A program made the position numbers and the translations under genes. A stretch of 30,500 bases of DNA, taken from Rhizaria sp. SCN 62-66 (lineage: Eukaryota). The DNA lies in assembly GCA_001724265.1 (NCBI GenBank), contig MEDY01000187.1, forward strand, positions 62,001-92,500. The letters are read 5' to 3'. Positions 28,059-30,500 of the stretch are shown here, in pieces; the first letter of the stretch is position 1, and each line of letters begins with the position of its first letter. The notes beneath the pieces were generated by a model. The model saw only the letters and a program-made list of their open reading frames with translations. It was not told the origin of the DNA and made no database searches.

Positions 28059-30404
28059 GGCGGACACAGCGGGTGAAGACACGCGAGAAGGCTAGCTTAA
28101 ACAAGGAAGGGAAAATACAGCTAGGGAACTCTGAAAGGGGACTATAAGTGGTAGAAGAGGGTTTAAAAGTAGAATCTGTGAGCGATGGGTGTCATCCGGT
28201 CCTTGATGGGCGCATGGGTCCATGGGAAAACTCAGATATCGAATCATGGGAATGCCCGAGGGTGACGAGGTCAACTTCTGAAAAATCAAGATACAGAGTC
28301 AGACATAACGCATAATAGGGGTATGATAGCGCAGTATGGCGGATCTTTGTGTTTGATGTCTTGATAAATCATTGAATAAGTGATACAGAAACCATACAGG
28401 TCGCTAGGTGCAATTAAGGCGCAGCAAGGATGGGGGTCATTTGAGATCCGACTCCGGCAGATTTGAGCTGAGTTAGGGAGACCGAAGACGGTAGAAATAG
28501 ACCTTCTAAATGAACAAGCTGGTACGTTTCGTTATGGAAAAAATAAACAAAAGCATCGCATGCGTGTCTGACCGCGGTGCTCTGGGGATAATTGTCTTTA
28601 AGAGAGTCTCGCTCGGACCAGATCAACCGCTGCCACAAACGAGCCACGCAACTAGGTCAACTCATAAAACACACTGTGATCGTAATGATAATCAATTTCC
28701 TTGCAATACACTGCAGTGGATTCTGGATGGTCACTTTATTGCTTTGTTGGCTACATTTGTTTAAGACTTAAAAATAACTGTTAATACGTTCATTAATGCC
28801 AATTTTACGGCAATCGTCACTTCATTGTTCAGTCACTATTACACTTGATAAGACAGTGCATCAATGTAATTATCGATTTCATAAAATAACGCGCGCACAT
28901 GATTGATATATCCGGTATTAAATAAAACTATTAAAGATCTACGACAAGGGTGATGAAACAAGCGAAGTATAGCTCTTAAGAGGTATCGTATCTTAGTTTG
29001 CAGGGATGTTTCTCATTCATATTACACGCAACTATTCTGGTTTAATTGTGACACATGAATATACAGTAATAAATCATGGCTCATCTACAGCACTGCGTGT
29101 AGAAAAGCTGCACGTTGAATCTTAGAATTGATGTTGCACTGCACAGAAGCTATGTGAAGTAAATCGTTCGGTCACTTGCGAAGGTGTAGCAGGGTGGCAT
29201 GTCCGAGTTCTGCCAAGGTTTTATTGCGGGAACTTAGCGGTATGTCTATATAGCATACGTTTGATGCGTGTACATTATAATAAGCAAACAATTGTGTATG
29301 GTGCACCGTTTGTTTCACGCTATCTTTAAAAGAAAACCAATGTCTTCGCGGGTCCTGTTGGTGTAACCGAACTAGAAGCTGAATATAACTATGAAATTCA
29401 TATAGATCAAGAAATAATGCAACATGCAATGGTATAATTATAATTAACAACGAATTAATTGAAATATATATGCGCTTGTTTAATCTGTGATGCACTGGCT
29501 CTGTGATGCAATGTCAGAATGTCTTGGCGTGCACTTATGGCTTGACGTGTGTTCGTTGGCGCTTGATCTGTTAGATAAGGCGTAGTATAATGTTTCTCTT
29601 ATGGACCAGTCATAATATCATGCGGCGATGCGTATACCCGTTCATTTCTTGTATCCAGTCGCCATTAGGCTCACTTTGATACAATTTTGAAGCACTTCGT
29701 CGCAAATCCGAAAAAATAATATCAGACATGATTTCACATCAATATATAGCATATTTAGTTTTAAAAATGCAAGAATTTGATATATAATCATAATTTACGA
29801 GTGAAAACACTCGTTTTCTTTTCAGTCAACGTGTTTATAGGAGCGAAATCTGATCAAAATAGGTTTCTGCAACAAATGTTAAGCCGTTGTTCTCGAACTC
29901 CAGAGATTCGCGAAGATTTTTGTGCAGAATCGGCCTCCAATTGGGAACTTTTGTTTCTATTAATAAGCATTAAAGTTGCACTAACCAACACTAGATGAAT
30001 ACGAATCAATGTTTTCTACATCAAAACAACATTCATTATTTCTTTGGGACGATGTATCCTCCAGGATTGTTGCCCGAAAAGAAGATGGTCAATCGGCTCG
30101 GGATGAATGGGACCCCCATATCCTCTCAACCTCGATTGACACACACAATCTCCTCTAAACAGCATTTTTATATTTGGGGTTTAGCCGTTGTGGCTTAATC
30201 AAGCTCCATTCTTGATGAATCGCTCTATCTTGCTTTTGTCACGCTGTTCTATTCACTCTCGTCCTTGACTTGACCCGAGAGCCCGATCCCCCACGTGCTT
30301 GTCACTTCGCTCTTCCGACGCATAGTAGCTCACTTTAACTTTCTCCATATGTTGTTCTTATTCACCTTCTTTCCTCACTCTGCAACTCATAGCTTTCTAT
30401 CAGA
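28059..30404. promoter_or_regulatory. AT-rich divergent intergenic region with the presumed promoters and 5' leaders of RAV1 and Hsp70
   Basis: About 2.3 kb between head-to-head start codons. It is AT-rich and holds only short ORFs without coding-type bias. Confidence 0.6.
29889..29920 (+). promoter_or_regulatory. Possible imperfect heat-shock elements
   Basis: TTCtcGAA (29890-29897) and TTCgcGAAgaTTT (29907-29919) are nTTCnnGAAn units about 500 bp upstream of the Hsp70 ATG. Neither is a perfect three-unit HSE. Confidence 0.3.
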
Positions 30405-30500
30405 ATGTCTTCCACCACAGGCGTTTCTGTTGGTATCGACCTCGGTACCACGTACTCGTGCGTCGGCGTGATGCGCAACAACCGCGTTGAAATCATCGCT
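30405..30500 (+). CDS. HSP70: Heat shock protein 70 (Hsp70 family, probably cytosolic), N-terminal 32 codons, 3'-truncated by the window
   Basis: ATG at 30405 gives [32 protein letters not shown], which includes the Hsp70 signature [10 protein letters not shown] and RVEIIA. There is no signal or transit peptide ahead of the signature, and an in-frame TAG lies upstream at 30390-30392. Confidence 0.96.
   Translation, partial: MSSTTGVSVGIDLGTTYSCVGVMRNNRVEIIA

Noticed and set aside
28059-28082. Track start at GTG 28082
   Set aside because: The gene is eukaryotic, and the in-frame ATG at 28058 has a good GCCATG context.
1501-28095. Many long + strand and alternative-frame ORFs (e.g. 4314-6248, 9540-11687, 20262-22478, 7508-9214)
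   Set aside because: They are shadows of a very GC-rich gene in which stop triplets are rare in the other frames. The products are Arg/Gly/Ala-rich, have no recognisable motifs, and often start at non-ATG codons.
28414-30198. Short ORFs in the AT-rich intergenic region (28414-28647, 28510-28764, 29172-29495, 29777-29998, 29995-30198)
   Set aside because: They are short, lack the GC3 bias of real genes here and show no recognisable motifs.
30349-30404. ATG at 30349 giving MLFLFTFFPHS..., which looks like a signal peptide for Hsp70
   Set aside because: It is out of frame with Hsp70, and the hydrophobicity is a by-product of the pyrimidine tract.
1-30500. Kinetoplastid-style polycistronic organisation, suggested by intron-poor genes and pyrimidine tracts
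   Set aside because: The three genes alternate strand (+,-,+), unlike long co-directional clusters. I cannot assign the taxon from this window.

Overview
Eukaryotic (probably protist) genomic window. GC-rich coding DNA is separated by AT-rich spacers. Three genes are supported, in alternating orientation (+,-,+). (1) The 3' part of a WD40 gene resembling DCAF4/WDR21 (3-1181, +), whose frame is interrupted by one in-frame TAG at 603-605 and then continues to a TGA at 1179-1181. (2) A single stop-free ORF of about 26.6 kb (1464-28058, -; 8864 aa from the first ATG) encoding a greatly enlarged RAVE subunit Rav1 / Rabconnectin-3A (DMXL) homolog, with recognisable Rav1p_C and WD40 blocks separated by long Ala/Ser/Gly/Pro-rich insertions. 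(3) The first 32 codons of an Hsp70 gene (30405-30500, +), which the ORF track misses. Most other track ORFs are shadows of the giant gene. I found no RNA genes, mobile elements or CRISPR arrays. Family calls rest on motifs recognised from memory, not on database searches.
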